Source: an uncultured Candidatus Saccharibacteria bacterium (lineage in GTDB: Bacteria > Patescibacteriota > Saccharimonadia > Saccharimonadales > EFPC-124). Taken from it: a DNA stretch of 64,000 nt. This document shows, piece by piece, positions 55,506-64,000 of this stretch; the stretch's first letter is position 1; each line of letters starts with the position of its first letter. Below the pieces are notes generated by a model, which was not told the origin of the DNA, did no database searches, and was given only the letters and a program-made list of their open reading frames with translations. The position numbers and the translations under genes are program-made. The stretch is taken from NCBI GenBank assembly GCA_964447105.1, contig CAYURH010000002.1:845-64844 (forward strand), given 5' to 3'.

Positions 55506-55583
55506 ATGCCGATGGTAGCATAGCCAGATTCGGTCCTACGCCACATTACTGTGACATAATGGATATATAAACAGGGGAGTGCT

Positions 55584-56078
55584 ATGCAAAAAATCACACC
55601 ATGCCTATGGTTTGACATGAACGCCGAAGAAGCTATGAACTACTATGTGAGCGTGTTCAAAAATTCTAAAATCATCAACATCGACCGCTACCCTGATGAA
55701 TCGCTCGACGAACACTTCAAAGGCATGAGCGGCAAAGTGATCAATGGCGAATTCGAACTTGATGGCACGCGTTTTATCTGCCTCGACGGTGGCCCGACAT
55801 TTAAAATGAACGAAGCCGTATCATTCATGGTGACTTGCCAAGATCAAGAAGAAGTGGACTATTACTGGAGTAAGCTCTCGGCCGTACCCGAAAGCGAACA
55901 GTGTGGCTGGTGCAAAGACAAATTTGGCATGAGCTGGCAAATCATCCCCACTCGCTTAGGCGAATTGCTCAACGACCCCGACAAAGCCAAAGCCAATCGT
56001 GCTATGCAAGCTATGATGCAAATGCACAAAATCGATATAGCCGAATTAGAAAAAGCTTCCGAAGGCAAATCCGCCTAA
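55584..56078 (+). CDS. VOC family protein (PhnB / 3-demethylubiquinone-9 3-methyltransferase-like domain)
   Basis: MQKITPCLWFD..AEEA..YY.S.FKNSKI and QCGWCKDKFGMSWQI are family-typical. Confidence 0.85.
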   Translation: MQKITPCLWFDMNAEEAMNYYVSVFKNSKIINIDRYPDESLDEHFKGMSGKVINGEFELDGTRFICLDGGPTFKMNEAVSFMVTCQDQEEVDYYWSKLSAVPESEQCGWCKDKFGMSWQIIPTRLGELLNDPDKAKANRAMQAMMQMHKIDIAELEKASEGKSA

Positions 56079-56126
56079 GCGAGATATTAACTTTGTAATT
56101 AAAAGCCTGAGCAGTACTATTTAGGT

Positions 56127-57182
56127 ATGGCCGACAAACAACAAACACTCGTCAGCAACATCGTCTATCTTACGTCGCTCGTTTCTGACATTCAGCATAT
56201 AGACCCCTGGCTTGATCGCATGCGCGCCATCACTGCGCAGCATAATTCCGGCCAACTCTCGCCGCAAGACGAACAAACACTCTTGGGGCTCCAGTCACAA
56301 CTAAAAGACTACCTGATCCACACTGATCCGTTCCGCAGATTCGACCCGGATGTACTAGAGCAAAAAATGTACGAAAATCTGCAGGGGAGTAGGTATTTCA
56401 ATCGCCTGCGCATCACAATCGGCTTTATTATTGGGCTGGCCATAGGCTTGGGCGCTGGTATTTTAATGGTAAGTCGCATGAGCGGTATGCAAGTACTGCC
56501 GCAATTGCCATATTTGGTTGGCTTCGGTACATTGTGCCTCGGTGCTATATTTTTGTTGGCTCAGGCAGCTCAAACATTTAACCATCAGCTGCGCCAAGTG
56601 TACTATCTGCTCTGTCTTGCAGTTGTATTGACGGCTGCGTTGGCTATTCAGTTTTCCCTCTACCCAGTGATAGGCGATTCGTGGTGGATGAAGTCGTGGG
56701 CTTTTAGCGCGCTCTACGCTGGTATCGGCCTGTTCTTTTATCTCGCGTTTCGGACGCTCGCTACGCAGTTGGGCTTAGGCTCTGCCTTTACGCGTATCAA
56801 AATCATTCTCGCCGTCCTGGCAGCGGCAGTTGGATTGAGTGTATTGGCACCTCATGCTACTACCGATCTGCCCGAACTAGTATACGATGCGTCAGTACTG
56901 GGCCTCGTGGTCATGATGGCTTTTTCGGCCATTAGCGTGATATTAGGACAAAAAGTAGTAAAGCGCGTAGGCGCTCTCTACACAAAAGCTATCTGGTGTC
57001 TCATCATTGCCGCAATCGTTGGAGCGGTAGATGGGCTCAATCTGTTGATCATCAGGTTGGTCTGGTTGGGAACCAACCAAGCCCCGCTATTTTTCAGCAT
57101 CAGCTCTATGGTACTCGCCGCTTGTGTGGGCGGGCTGCTGCTCTATTCATCATACGTATTCAACAAAACGAGTCGCCACTAA
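56127..57182 (+). CDS. polytopic membrane protein MP3 (N-terminal soluble helical module, then 8 TM)
   Basis: module ...IDPWLDRMRAITA...YLIHTDPFRRF; TM block aligns with MP1 and MP2. Confidence 0.75.
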   Translation: MADKQQTLVSNIVYLTSLVSDIQHIDPWLDRMRAITAQHNSGQLSPQDEQTLLGLQSQLKDYLIHTDPFRRFDPDVLEQKMYENLQGSRYFNRLRITIGFIIGLAIGLGAGILMVSRMSGMQVLPQLPYLVGFGTLCLGAIFLLAQAAQTFNHQLRQVYYLLCLAVVLTAALAIQFSLYPVIGDSWWMKSWAFSALYAGIGLFFYLAFRTLATQLGLGSAFTRIKIILAVLAAAVGLSVLAPHATTDLPELVYDASVLGLVVMMAFSAISVILGQKVVKRVGALYTKAIWCLIIAAIVGAVDGLNLLIIRLVWLGTNQAPLFFSISSMVLAACVGGLLLYSSYVFNKTSRH

Positions 57183-58042
57183 CGCTTAGGTTGAGTGTGT
57201 GGCGTGTTCAATAGTTTTACCATTGCCAAGTACGAAACAAAAACCATAGTAAACAAACTGACAACTGCGGCCGTTTCATAAATAAAACGCTTATCCCATA
57301 CGTAGCCGGCAGCGTCTACGACACCACCAGCACTTGCCACCACATAGGCGAGGGCAAACGAAAGCCCGGTTGCCCCATATATCATAATAGGCGTCGCCCA
57401 GAATACCTTGCCTGCACGTTGCTCTAGCCGCCCACCAGATACACGAAGATACAGCGCAAAGATTTGATAGAACAGATAGACTGTCAGGAACCAACCCAAA
57501 TAATTAGTGAGTGGCACACCGTTGAACCCGCCACCGGTTTCCCATATCCAGTAGTGCTTGATGGTCGAATTGATCGGGTCCATGGCCACATCCCACATCA
57601 CCATAGCAAACGCAGCCGTGAGCGGCACAAAAAGAGTACGCACAAGCAAACGTGCCTGCGAGCCGATGGCATCGAGTATTATATTCGCGAGTATCCAGGC
57701 CAAATAGCCATAGGCAAAGTAGGCAATACCAATGACGAACGGCACCTGGAACAAAAACGGCAGGCCGCCCTGACTATAGTGATAATCGCCAAAAGGAAAA
57801 CCTGTCGAGATACTCAGGTTTTCCATCACATTACTCACTACCTGTGAGATGACAAAAAATATCGCTATACCTTTGAAACCATATAGCTTAGTGCCGTGCC
57901 AGATGACAAAAATAACCAACAATATTGTCTGCAGGGGACCAAGTATTTGCGATGGCCCCGTATCACTACCCAGCAGTCCGGTCACAAGTGCAAGCCCACT
58001 ACACAGAGCTGCAAGAGCTAGGAGTATTATGTTATCTTTCAT
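57179..58042 (-). CDS. polytopic membrane protein (possibly DUF422 / carotenoid-biosynthesis-protein family)
   Basis: start moved to MKDNIILLAL (19 nt after the upstream gene); about 8 TM; GFPFGDYHY loop motif; the family call is tentative. Confidence 0.65.
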   Translation of the reverse strand: MKDNIILLALAALCSGLALVTGLLGSDTGPSQILGPLQTILLVIFVIWHGTKLYGFKGIAIFFVISQVVSNVMENLSISTGFPFGDYHYSQGGLPFLFQVPFVIGIAYFAYGYLAWILANIILDAIGSQARLLVRTLFVPLTAAFAMVMWDVAMDPINSTIKHYWIWETGGGFNGVPLTNYLGWFLTVYLFYQIFALYLRVSGGRLEQRAGKVFWATPIMIYGATGLSFALAYVVASAGGVVDAAGYVWDKRFIYETAAVVSLFTMVFVSYLAMVKLLNTPHTQPKR

Positions 58043-58061
58043 CAGCGACTTTGCCCCGTGG

Positions 58062-58496
58062 CTACTTAGCTGGTTTTCGCACCGAACGCATATTGACCTG
58101 CCAGACAAGAATCGGCACAAGGACGGCACCAATGGCAAACGTAAACCCTCTCAGCGCTTCAAACGAAAAACTTTTTTGGAAATCGGCTTTGTTGTCGCCA
58201 GGCGCCGCCCAAACGGTCACCGTATCGCCCACTTCGTGCGAACGCGCCGAATCCTCTACCGTATATTGCTGTCCCCCCGTTGCGTCCACCGTATAGGTTG
58301 CGCCGCTGCCACCGCCAGGTGATGTCTGATTTTTGGCAGAGATCACACCCGTGTATTCCTGAGACTGCAGGCTTCGTTGCGTGGCCCCAATGCCATCCAT
58401 CAAGCCAAACGTAAACAGCAAGACAAGTATGATGATCCCCACCACTTTAAACGGCATACTTATTTGTAGCGGGTTATTATTTGGTGTTTTGCTCAT
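58062..58496 (-). CDS. membrane protein with two TM helices flanking a small beta-rich domain
   Basis: TM VVGIIILVLLFTFGL and FTFAIGAVLVPILVW; family not established. Confidence 0.65.
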   Translation of the reverse strand: MSKTPNNNPLQISMPFKVVGIIILVLLFTFGLMDGIGATQRSLQSQEYTGVISAKNQTSPGGGSGATYTVDATGGQQYTVEDSARSHEVGDTVTVWAAPGDNKADFQKSFSFEALRGFTFAIGAVLVPILVWQVNMRSVRKPAK

Positions 58497-58640
58497 AGTA
58501 ACCTTTCGTTTTAAGCATAAGCATTTATAGGTTTACTATACCAGATGCAATATACTGTATGAATACATATAATGTCAGTTGAAGCGCCCGGCCGCCGCCC
58601 CTGGTCAGGGCGGCGGCGCGGGACACCTTACACGGTCAGA

Positions 58641-59399
58641 TCACGACAGGCTGATGAGCGGGTAGCCCTTCATCTCCTCGATCTGCTTGCTACCCACGTA
58701 GCGCAGCCCGGTCCAGTCGGCCGGGTCCTTGAGCAGGACGAAGCCGTCGCGGCCCTTCATGATGGCCAGGCCGCCGGGGAAAGGCTGCGCATCGGTCGAC
58801 GAGGTGACCAGAATGCCGCTTGTGCTAGTCGGTTCAGCCACCCAGATGTTCTCGGCGGGTACGTACCGGATCTGGCCCACCGCGAAATCCTGCGGCAAGC
58901 CCAGGACGGCTCGTGCCTCCGGGCTGGAGTCGAACTTGCTGATCTTGGCGGCACACGTGCCGCCGTAGAGCGGCTCGCTCTCCTCGGCCGGCTCGAAGCC
59001 CGGTCGGGTGATCATGGTGTAGCTGCCCAGGGCCGTACGCTTGATGGCGATGTTCGGCGACACGACGTCGCCGACCTTGCGACCGGTCTCGGGCCACCAC
59101 GGCGTGCCCTCCACCAAGCAGTAGCCGCCCTTGGGCAGGTGCTTGAGGTAGGGGAACGACTGGAGCCCGGTGACGACGAAACCCGTCTCGCCGACACCCA
59201 AAGTGCCGATGTCCTGCGAACGGCCGACACCGTCCTTATCCAGGAAGGTGGGGTAGTCCGCGACCACCGACTGCGTCGAGGTGGGAGCCGGGATCGACGG
59301 CGGCGGGTTGGTCTTGTTGCCGTTGGTGCTGCAGGCCGCCGCAATGGTGGCGATCAGAGTGGCGACGGCGGCGGCCCGCACGGTGCGAGGAATGCGCAT
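58641..59399 (-). CDS. putative lipoprotein, 252 aa (high-GC island G)
   Basis: signal peptide with a lipobox-like LIATIAAAC|S, Pro-rich linker and a GC-rich stem-loop after the stop; the antisense 306-aa ORF is rejected. Confidence 0.65.
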   Translation of the reverse strand: MRIPRTVRAAAVATLIATIAAACSTNGNKTNPPPSIPAPTSTQSVVADYPTFLDKDGVGRSQDIGTLGVGETGFVVTGLQSFPYLKHLPKGGYCLVEGTPWWPETGRKVGDVVSPNIAIKRTALGSYTMITRPGFEPAEESEPLYGGTCAAKISKFDSSPEARAVLGLPQDFAVGQIRYVPAENIWVAEPTSTSGILVTSSTDAQPFPGGLAIMKGRDGFVLLKDPADWTGLRYVGSKQIEEMKGYPLISLS

Positions 59400-59542
59400 G
59401 ACGACCTTTCCAGATGTGTAAGGTGTTGCCGTACGGCTATTGGAGCCGCACGGATAATCGCCCTCGGAAGGGCAATATCCAGATTACAATAATATATTTA
59501 TGTATTTATGTCAACTTTACCGTTACTGCTACAATACTACTT

Positions 59543-59902
59543 ATGGACCCACACAACCGAATCCCTACTATGGCCTTCGCCAGAGTGTACCCACTCTACA
59601 TTGCTAAAGTTGAGCGCAAAGGCCGCACCCGTGCCGAAGTCGACACCGTGATCTGCTGGCTCACTGGCTATAGCCAGCATGCACTACAAGCCCAAATAGA
59701 CAAGCAGGTGGATTTCCAAACATTTTTTGCCGAAGCGCCGCAACTCAACCCCGCACGCACCCAAATCACCGGCATGATTTGCGGTGTGCGCGTGCAAGAC
59801 ATTACCGACCCATTGGTGCAAAACGCGCGATATCTGGACAAATTGATCGACGAGCTGGCCCACGGCAAGTCTATGGAAAAAATCTTGCGGGGAACCGTAT
59901 AG
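59543..59902 (+). CDS. DUF2200 domain protein
   Basis: [32 protein letters not shown]...[10 protein letters not shown]...[20 protein letters not shown] matches the family consensus as I recall it. Confidence 0.85.
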   Translation: MDPHNRIPTMAFARVYPLYIAKVERKGRTRAEVDTVICWLTGYSQHALQAQIDKQVDFQTFFAEAPQLNPARTQITGMICGVRVQDITDPLVQNARYLDKLIDELAHGKSMEKILRGTV

Positions 59903-59946
59903 ATATACGCGCTGCCATACGTATTATTGCTAATGGCTAGCACATA

Positions 59947-59955
59947 TGGTATAAT
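59947..59955 (+). promoter_or_regulatory. extended -10 element upstream of typA
   Basis: tg-g-tataat at 59947-59955; aagggg SD before ATG 59985. Confidence 0.4.
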
Positions 59956-59984
59956 TGCCGTACTAGCCCAAAGGGGTATTTTTT

Positions 59985-61820
59985 ATGAATCAAGATCCCA
60001 CCAAAATTCGCAACATCGCTATTATCGCCCACGTTGACCACGGCAAAACCACACTGGTCGACGGTTTATTGAAGCAGTCCAAAACATTCCGCGACAACCA
60101 AGCGGAAATGAGCCAAGACCTTATCATGGATAGCGGCGACCAAGAGCGCGAACGCGGCATTACCATCACCGCCAAAGTGACAGCAGTGCAGCACGGTGAT
60201 TATCGTATCAACATCATCGACACACCCGGTCACGCCGATTTTAGTGGTGAAGTGGAGCGCACACTCAATATGGCCGACGGCTGCATACTCATCGTTGACG
60301 CCCAAGAAGGCCCCATGCCCCAGACCAAATTCGTGTTGGGCAAAGCGCTGGCTGCCGGGCTCAAACCAATTGTCATTATCAACAAAATCGATAAACCAGC
60401 GTCGCGCATACCAGAAGTCGAAAACGAACTGGCCGACCTATTCCTAGAACTCGCCGTGCACGAAGACCAGCTACATTACCCCGTGTATTACGCCAACGGC
60501 CGAGCCGGCAAAGCCTGGACGCAGCCTCCAACCACCCCCGATGACGATGGCGATCTGGAGCCTATGTTCCAAGCTATCATCACCCACGTGCCAGCACCGC
60601 AAATCGAGGCCGACAAACCATTTCAGATGCTTGTCACTGCGCTAGGATGGGATAGTTTCAAAGGTAAATACGCCATCGGTCGCATCACTCGCGGCCAAGT
60701 AAAAGCCGGCGACCAAGTAAGTTTGTGCAAAAAAGACGGTTCCATCGCTCGAGCCAAAATCGACACCGTATTTATGAGCCACGGCGTGAGTAAATTTGAA
60801 GTACCACTCGGTCTTGCCGGGGACATCGTGCAACTCACCGGCGTGAGCGACGCGCAAATCGGCGAAACAATTGCCGACGCGAACAACCCCGAAGCACTGC
60901 CCGTCATGGAAGTCGAAGCGCCCACCCTCCAGATCTATCTTGGCCCCAACACCAGCCCGTACAAAGGCCAAGAAGGTGAATTCAACACCAGCCGCCAGAT
61001 CAGCGAGCGCCTGCAAAAAGAGCTCGAAACCAACATCGGCTTGCGCGTCGAAGACCAAGGCATCGGCTTTTTGGTATCGGGCCGCGGGGAACTGCACCTC
61101 AGCGTCCTTATAGAATCAATGCGCCGCGAAGGCTACGAATTTGAAGTGGGGCGCCCACAGGTCGTAACCCATCTAGAAAACGGCGTCACCATGGAACCAC
61201 TCGAAGAAGTCATTATCGAAGTCCCATCCGAACACGTGGGCACTGTGCAAATGGAGCTCGGCGCCCGACGCGCCGCGCTCAAAGAGCAATTTGCCAGCCC
61301 CAAAGGCGTGACCAAACTGGTATACACCATGCCGACTCGCGCTCTACTAGGTATGCGCAACATCTTGCTCACCAACACCAAAGGCACGCTCATCATGAAC
61401 TCACTGAGCGTCGGCTCGCAACCAGTCGGAGCAGCGCTGCCGCAATTACGCAAAGGTGTGTTAATTGCCTACGAAGCTGGCATCACCACACCATATGCGC
61501 TGCAAACCGCCGAAGAACGTGGCACCGTGTTTGTAAACCCAGCCGAACGAGTGTACGCCGGACAGGTTGTAGGACTCAACAAACGTGGCGAAGATTTGGA
61601 AATCAATGTCTGCAAAGCCAAACACCTGACCAACATGCGCAGTAGCAGCAGCGACGGCGTAGTACAGCTGACACCAGCCACTATATTCAGCCTAGAAGAG
61701 TGCCTGGACTTTATCGAAAACGATGAACTGCTCGAAGTCACACCCAAAAGCCTACGCCTGCGCAAAAAAGAGCTCGACGCCAACAAGCGCAAGCAGCACA
61801 CCAAAACGCTGAGTCGCTAG
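59985..61820 (+). CDS. typA: translational GTPase TypA/BipA
   Basis: G1 AHVDHGKTT, G3 DTPGHADF, G4 NKID; BipA-type C-terminal domain. Confidence 0.95.
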   Translation: MNQDPTKIRNIAIIAHVDHGKTTLVDGLLKQSKTFRDNQAEMSQDLIMDSGDQERERGITITAKVTAVQHGDYRINIIDTPGHADFSGEVERTLNMADGCILIVDAQEGPMPQTKFVLGKALAAGLKPIVIINKIDKPASRIPEVENELADLFLELAVHEDQLHYPVYYANGRAGKAWTQPPTTPDDDGDLEPMFQAIITHVPAPQIEADKPFQMLVTALGWDSFKGKYAIGRITRGQVKAGDQVSLCKKDGSIARAKIDTVFMSHGVSKFEVPLGLAGDIVQLTGVSDAQIGETIADANNPEALPVMEVEAPTLQIYLGPNTSPYKGQEGEFNTSRQISERLQKELETNIGLRVEDQGIGFLVSGRGELHLSVLIESMRREGYEFEVGRPQVVTHLENGVTMEPLEEVIIEVPSEHVGTVQMELGARRAALKEQFASPKGVTKLVYTMPTRALLGMRNILLTNTKGTLIMNSLSVGSQPVGAALPQLRKGVLIAYEAGITTPYALQTAEERGTVFVNPAERVYAGQVVGLNKRGEDLEINVCKAKHLTNMRSSSSDGVVQLTPATIFSLEECLDFIENDELLEVTPKSLRLRKKELDANKRKQHTKTLSR

Positions 61821-61836
61821 ACCCACAGAATCTATA

Positions 61837-62034
61837 TTATGACTTGCCGTTTAAATATTTGCCTGCCACACTCAGTGCAAACGAAGGCAAAATAACAAAA
61901 ACCGTCGCGAGCAAAAGCCTCGACAATATGCTATCGTCTTTGGGCTGAATAATGACAACCAAAACGCCCAAAACGCCAAACACCATAGATGCACCGATGA
62001 AAATTCGCGTCGCTATTTTTTGCATTTGTTGCAT
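61837..62034 (-). CDS. small 2-TM membrane protein, 65 aa
   Basis: two hydrophobic helices; no family recognised. Confidence 0.5.
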   Translation of the reverse strand: MQQMQKIATRIFIGASMVFGVLGVLVVIIQPKDDSILSRLLLATVFVILPSFALSVAGKYLNGKS

Positions 62035-62086
62035 GAATTCAGTATAGCAGACTGGTTTGTGCGGATCGTCGGGCTATATATTAATC

Positions 62087-62554
62087 TTAATTCAACGCGG
62101 CAACTGCACTATTTAGGAGTGTCGCGAAACTAACCCACACAACGTAGGGGAACAGCAAATACGCCGCCGTTTTATTGATCGGCCAGAATATTCGTATAGT
62201 CGCGACAATACTCGCCAGAAGCGCCACGATAATCACCACGCCCGCCCATGGTGCGTGCAAGCCAAAAAACACCACAGACCACAGCACGTTGAGCGCAAGC
62301 TGCACGCCAAACACCACAAACGCCGACTTCTTGGATTTTTTGTAGCGCGCTACCCACACCAGATACAAACTGAGGCCCATGAGCAGATACAGCACTGTCC
62401 ACACTGGTCCAAACAACCAGTTAGGCGGGCTGAAAAACGGCTTGTCGAGCGTGGCGTACCATGTGGTGATATTCGGAATTGTAGCCGCGCTTCCCATCGC
62501 AGCGGCGACAAAAGGTACCAGCACCGACGTCACACATTTAATAATCTTAAGCAT
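62087..62554 (-). CDS. tspO: TspO/MBR family tryptophan-rich sensory protein
   Basis: start at MLKIIK; WYATLDKPFFSPPNWLFGPVWTVLY signature; 5 TM. Confidence 0.85.
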   Translation of the reverse strand: MLKIIKCVTSVLVPFVAAAMGSAATIPNITTWYATLDKPFFSPPNWLFGPVWTVLYLLMGLSLYLVWVARYKKSKKSAFVVFGVQLALNVLWSVVFFGLHAPWAGVVIIVALLASIVATIRIFWPINKTAAYLLFPYVVWVSFATLLNSAVAALN

Positions 62555-62623
62555 AATAGCTACAGTATAACAGAAGCCGGCACTCCCGCCCGTCGCGGCA
62601 GTCACAAGGCTTCGCTACGTGCG

Positions 62624-63052
62624 TTACGATTTGGCCTGCAAAATAGAAAAGCGGTTGCCTTCGGTGTCCATTGCCGAAATCCATAGGCCAACACCGGGGA
62701 TCATTTGCGGCTCCATAGTGTGTTCGCCTTTTTCGTTCATACCGCCCAAAATTTTACCGCCAGCAGCTTGCACGTCCTTCATGGCAGCTTGCACATCGTC
62801 GACCGAAATCACTACCGATGGGGCCTGGCTTACAGGATCATCAGTTTTTTGGTAAAAGCCGCCGTTGATTGCGCCTTTGGTGAGCACCATGCCGTTTTCG
62901 TCGGTTTCGGCAGTGTGCGCCACTACATAGTTGCCCATGTCGGGCCCCATAGGCTGCGTCTTCCAGCCAAAAGTGGTTTCGTAAAATTTAACCATTCGAG
63001 CTTTGTCGTTGTAACCCATTTCGAAATGAACAACAGGGTTGAGTTTGGCCAT
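62624..63052 (-). CDS. VOC (glyoxalase fold) family protein
   Basis: start at MAKLNPVVHFE with SD aaggagg; family-typical sequence. Confidence 0.8.
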   Translation of the reverse strand: MAKLNPVVHFEMGYNDKARMVKFYETTFGWKTQPMGPDMGNYVVAHTAETDENGMVLTKGAINGGFYQKTDDPVSQAPSVVISVDDVQAAMKDVQAAGGKILGGMNEKGEHTMEPQMIPGVGLWISAMDTEGNRFSILQAKS

Positions 63053-63096
63053 TGTGCCTCCTTGGTTGATATCTATCCCTATTATACGCCTAGCGG

Positions 63097-63468
63097 CTAT
63101 TTGTACTGGCACAGTTCGATAGACGTGCCATCTGGCGACAGTAAGTGGACAAATCGTAGAGTGTCATCTTGGGCCAGAGGCATAGCCACGGTAAACCCAT
63201 GGTTCAACAACATTTTAGTGTCTTCTTCTAAAGAATCGCTTTCGAACGCCATGTGGCCTTCGACAATCTTTACGTGGGGATGGCTGGGGTCGGCAAACTG
63301 CCACAATTCAACACCGGTGCCCTGCTGATCTTCCATTAAAACCACTTCGGATTTTAGGCTGACGCTTTGGAATCGCTCGACTTCTTTCATACCCAATGCT
63401 TCATAGGCAGCCATGGAGTTCGCCAAATCTTTTGCGGTCACTGCTACATGTAAAAAGCGTTTTATCAT
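63097..63468 (-). CDS. VOC (glyoxalase fold) family protein
   Basis: 123 aa with FLHVAVTAKDL...AYEALG at the N-terminus and an HMAFE metal-ligand context. Confidence 0.75.
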   Translation of the reverse strand: MIKRFLHVAVTAKDLANSMAAYEALGMKEVERFQSVSLKSEVVLMEDQQGTGVELWQFADPSHPHVKIVEGHMAFESDSLEEDTKMLLNHGFTVAMPLAQDDTLRFVHLLSPDGTSIELCQYK

Positions 63469-63527
63469 AATGAATAAGTATAGCAGGGGCGGGTAAATAG
63501 GCCATGCAGCAGCCTAGTCATCGTAAC

Positions 63528-63923
63528 TCACAACTTACTAGTATCGGAACCGCCCTCAACCTCCACCGTAAACCCACCATACGCCATGCGCGTCATATCG
63601 GTAGGCATGGGGTCGGTGGGCGGCATCATGTCGCTCATTTCGGCCATGACTGCAGCGTTCACCTGGTCGCGGTGTTCTTTGGATTTAAAAATAATGAACG
63701 AAAACCACACATCTTCGCCGTCTTTTGCCCCGGCCATGTCGTTAAACGGGCGTGTCGATTCGTCGCCCATTTGCTGTGGCTTCAGGTCGTTGGCCCGACA
63801 TTCGTAGTAGGCAAGGGCGCCATGCTTCATCCACGCGTCGCGACCCATGGTAGCCATTTTTTTGTATTCGTCGGCTTTGTCTGCTGGGACTACCAGTATG
63901 AAACCGTCTACGTATTTATCCAT
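63528..63923 (-). CDS. DUF1428 domain protein
   Basis: MDKYVDGFILVVPADKADEYKKMA...WMKHGALAYYEC is typical of DUF1428/YbaA-like proteins. Confidence 0.8.
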   Translation of the reverse strand: MDKYVDGFILVVPADKADEYKKMATMGRDAWMKHGALAYYECRANDLKPQQMGDESTRPFNDMAGAKDGEDVWFSFIIFKSKEHRDQVNAAVMAEMSDMMPPTDPMPTDMTRMAYGGFTVEVEGGSDTSKL

Positions 63924-64000
63924 GGTTTGTCTCCTCTAATGTATGTGTAAATATTATTTTAGCATTAGAGCATAGGGGCGCGCGACAATGGGGGTGGGGG

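Noticed and set aside
12660-59470. Chimeric metagenome assembly as the explanation for the high-GC segments
   Set aside because: There are seven separate insertions of 0.4-2.2 kb. Each is flanked on both sides by backbone-type genes, with intact intergenic signals and shared bidirectional terminators. Mis-assembly is unlikely to create this pattern, but only read mapping can exclude it.
58572-59492. 306-aa plus-strand ORF antisense to the lipoprotein gene
   Set aside because: It has Arg/Gly/Ala-rich composition and no SD, and it spans the terminator hairpin. The minus-strand frame has a signal peptide with a lipobox-like Cys.
1-64000. CRISPR arrays, tRNA/rRNA genes, IS elements, integrases, a DGR reverse transcriptase
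   Set aside because: By eye I found no regularly spaced direct repeats, no T-loop/acceptor patterns in the intergenic gaps, and no transposase, integrase or RT motifs in any long ORF. Absence by eye is not proof, so tRNAscan, Infernal and ISfinder should be run.

Overview
This 64-kb window comes from a bacterial chromosome of roughly 50% GC. Compact operons, a Gram-positive-style type IV pilus locus and the style of the pilin sequences suggest a Patescibacteria/Saccharibacteria-like organism; this is inference, as no database search was possible. 1-14.3 kb is mostly housekeeping: dnaX, dnaB, ybaB, recR, a DHH phosphoesterase, cysS, rarA and a DEAD-box helicase. 14.4-18.2 kb holds small anchored or secreted unknown proteins. 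18.2-31 kb holds two paralogous PAS histidine kinases and two receiver-only regulators directly upstream of pilB, pilC, four minor pilin-like genes and pilA, followed by pfkA and a second pilA. 31-35.7 kb is an AsnB / GT4 / SDR / nucleotidyltransferase glycan module, of which 33.05-35.66 kb forms a low-GC island. 35.7-64 kb is accessory. It holds a GH16 enzyme, an SGNH esterase, three paralogous beta-helix-like exoproteins sharing an N-terminal module, and three domain-permuted 8-TM paralogs. It also holds a GLUG/Ig adhesin, an EVE-nuclease fusion, a divergent Nudix pair around a 35-bp palindrome, several VOC/DUF genes, typA and tspO. Seven short high-GC islands, each with 1-2 genes, their own SD and a GC-rich terminator, interrupt the backbone. 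I recognised no rRNA, tRNA, CRISPR array, transposase or integrase. Every family assignment rests on motifs read by eye.
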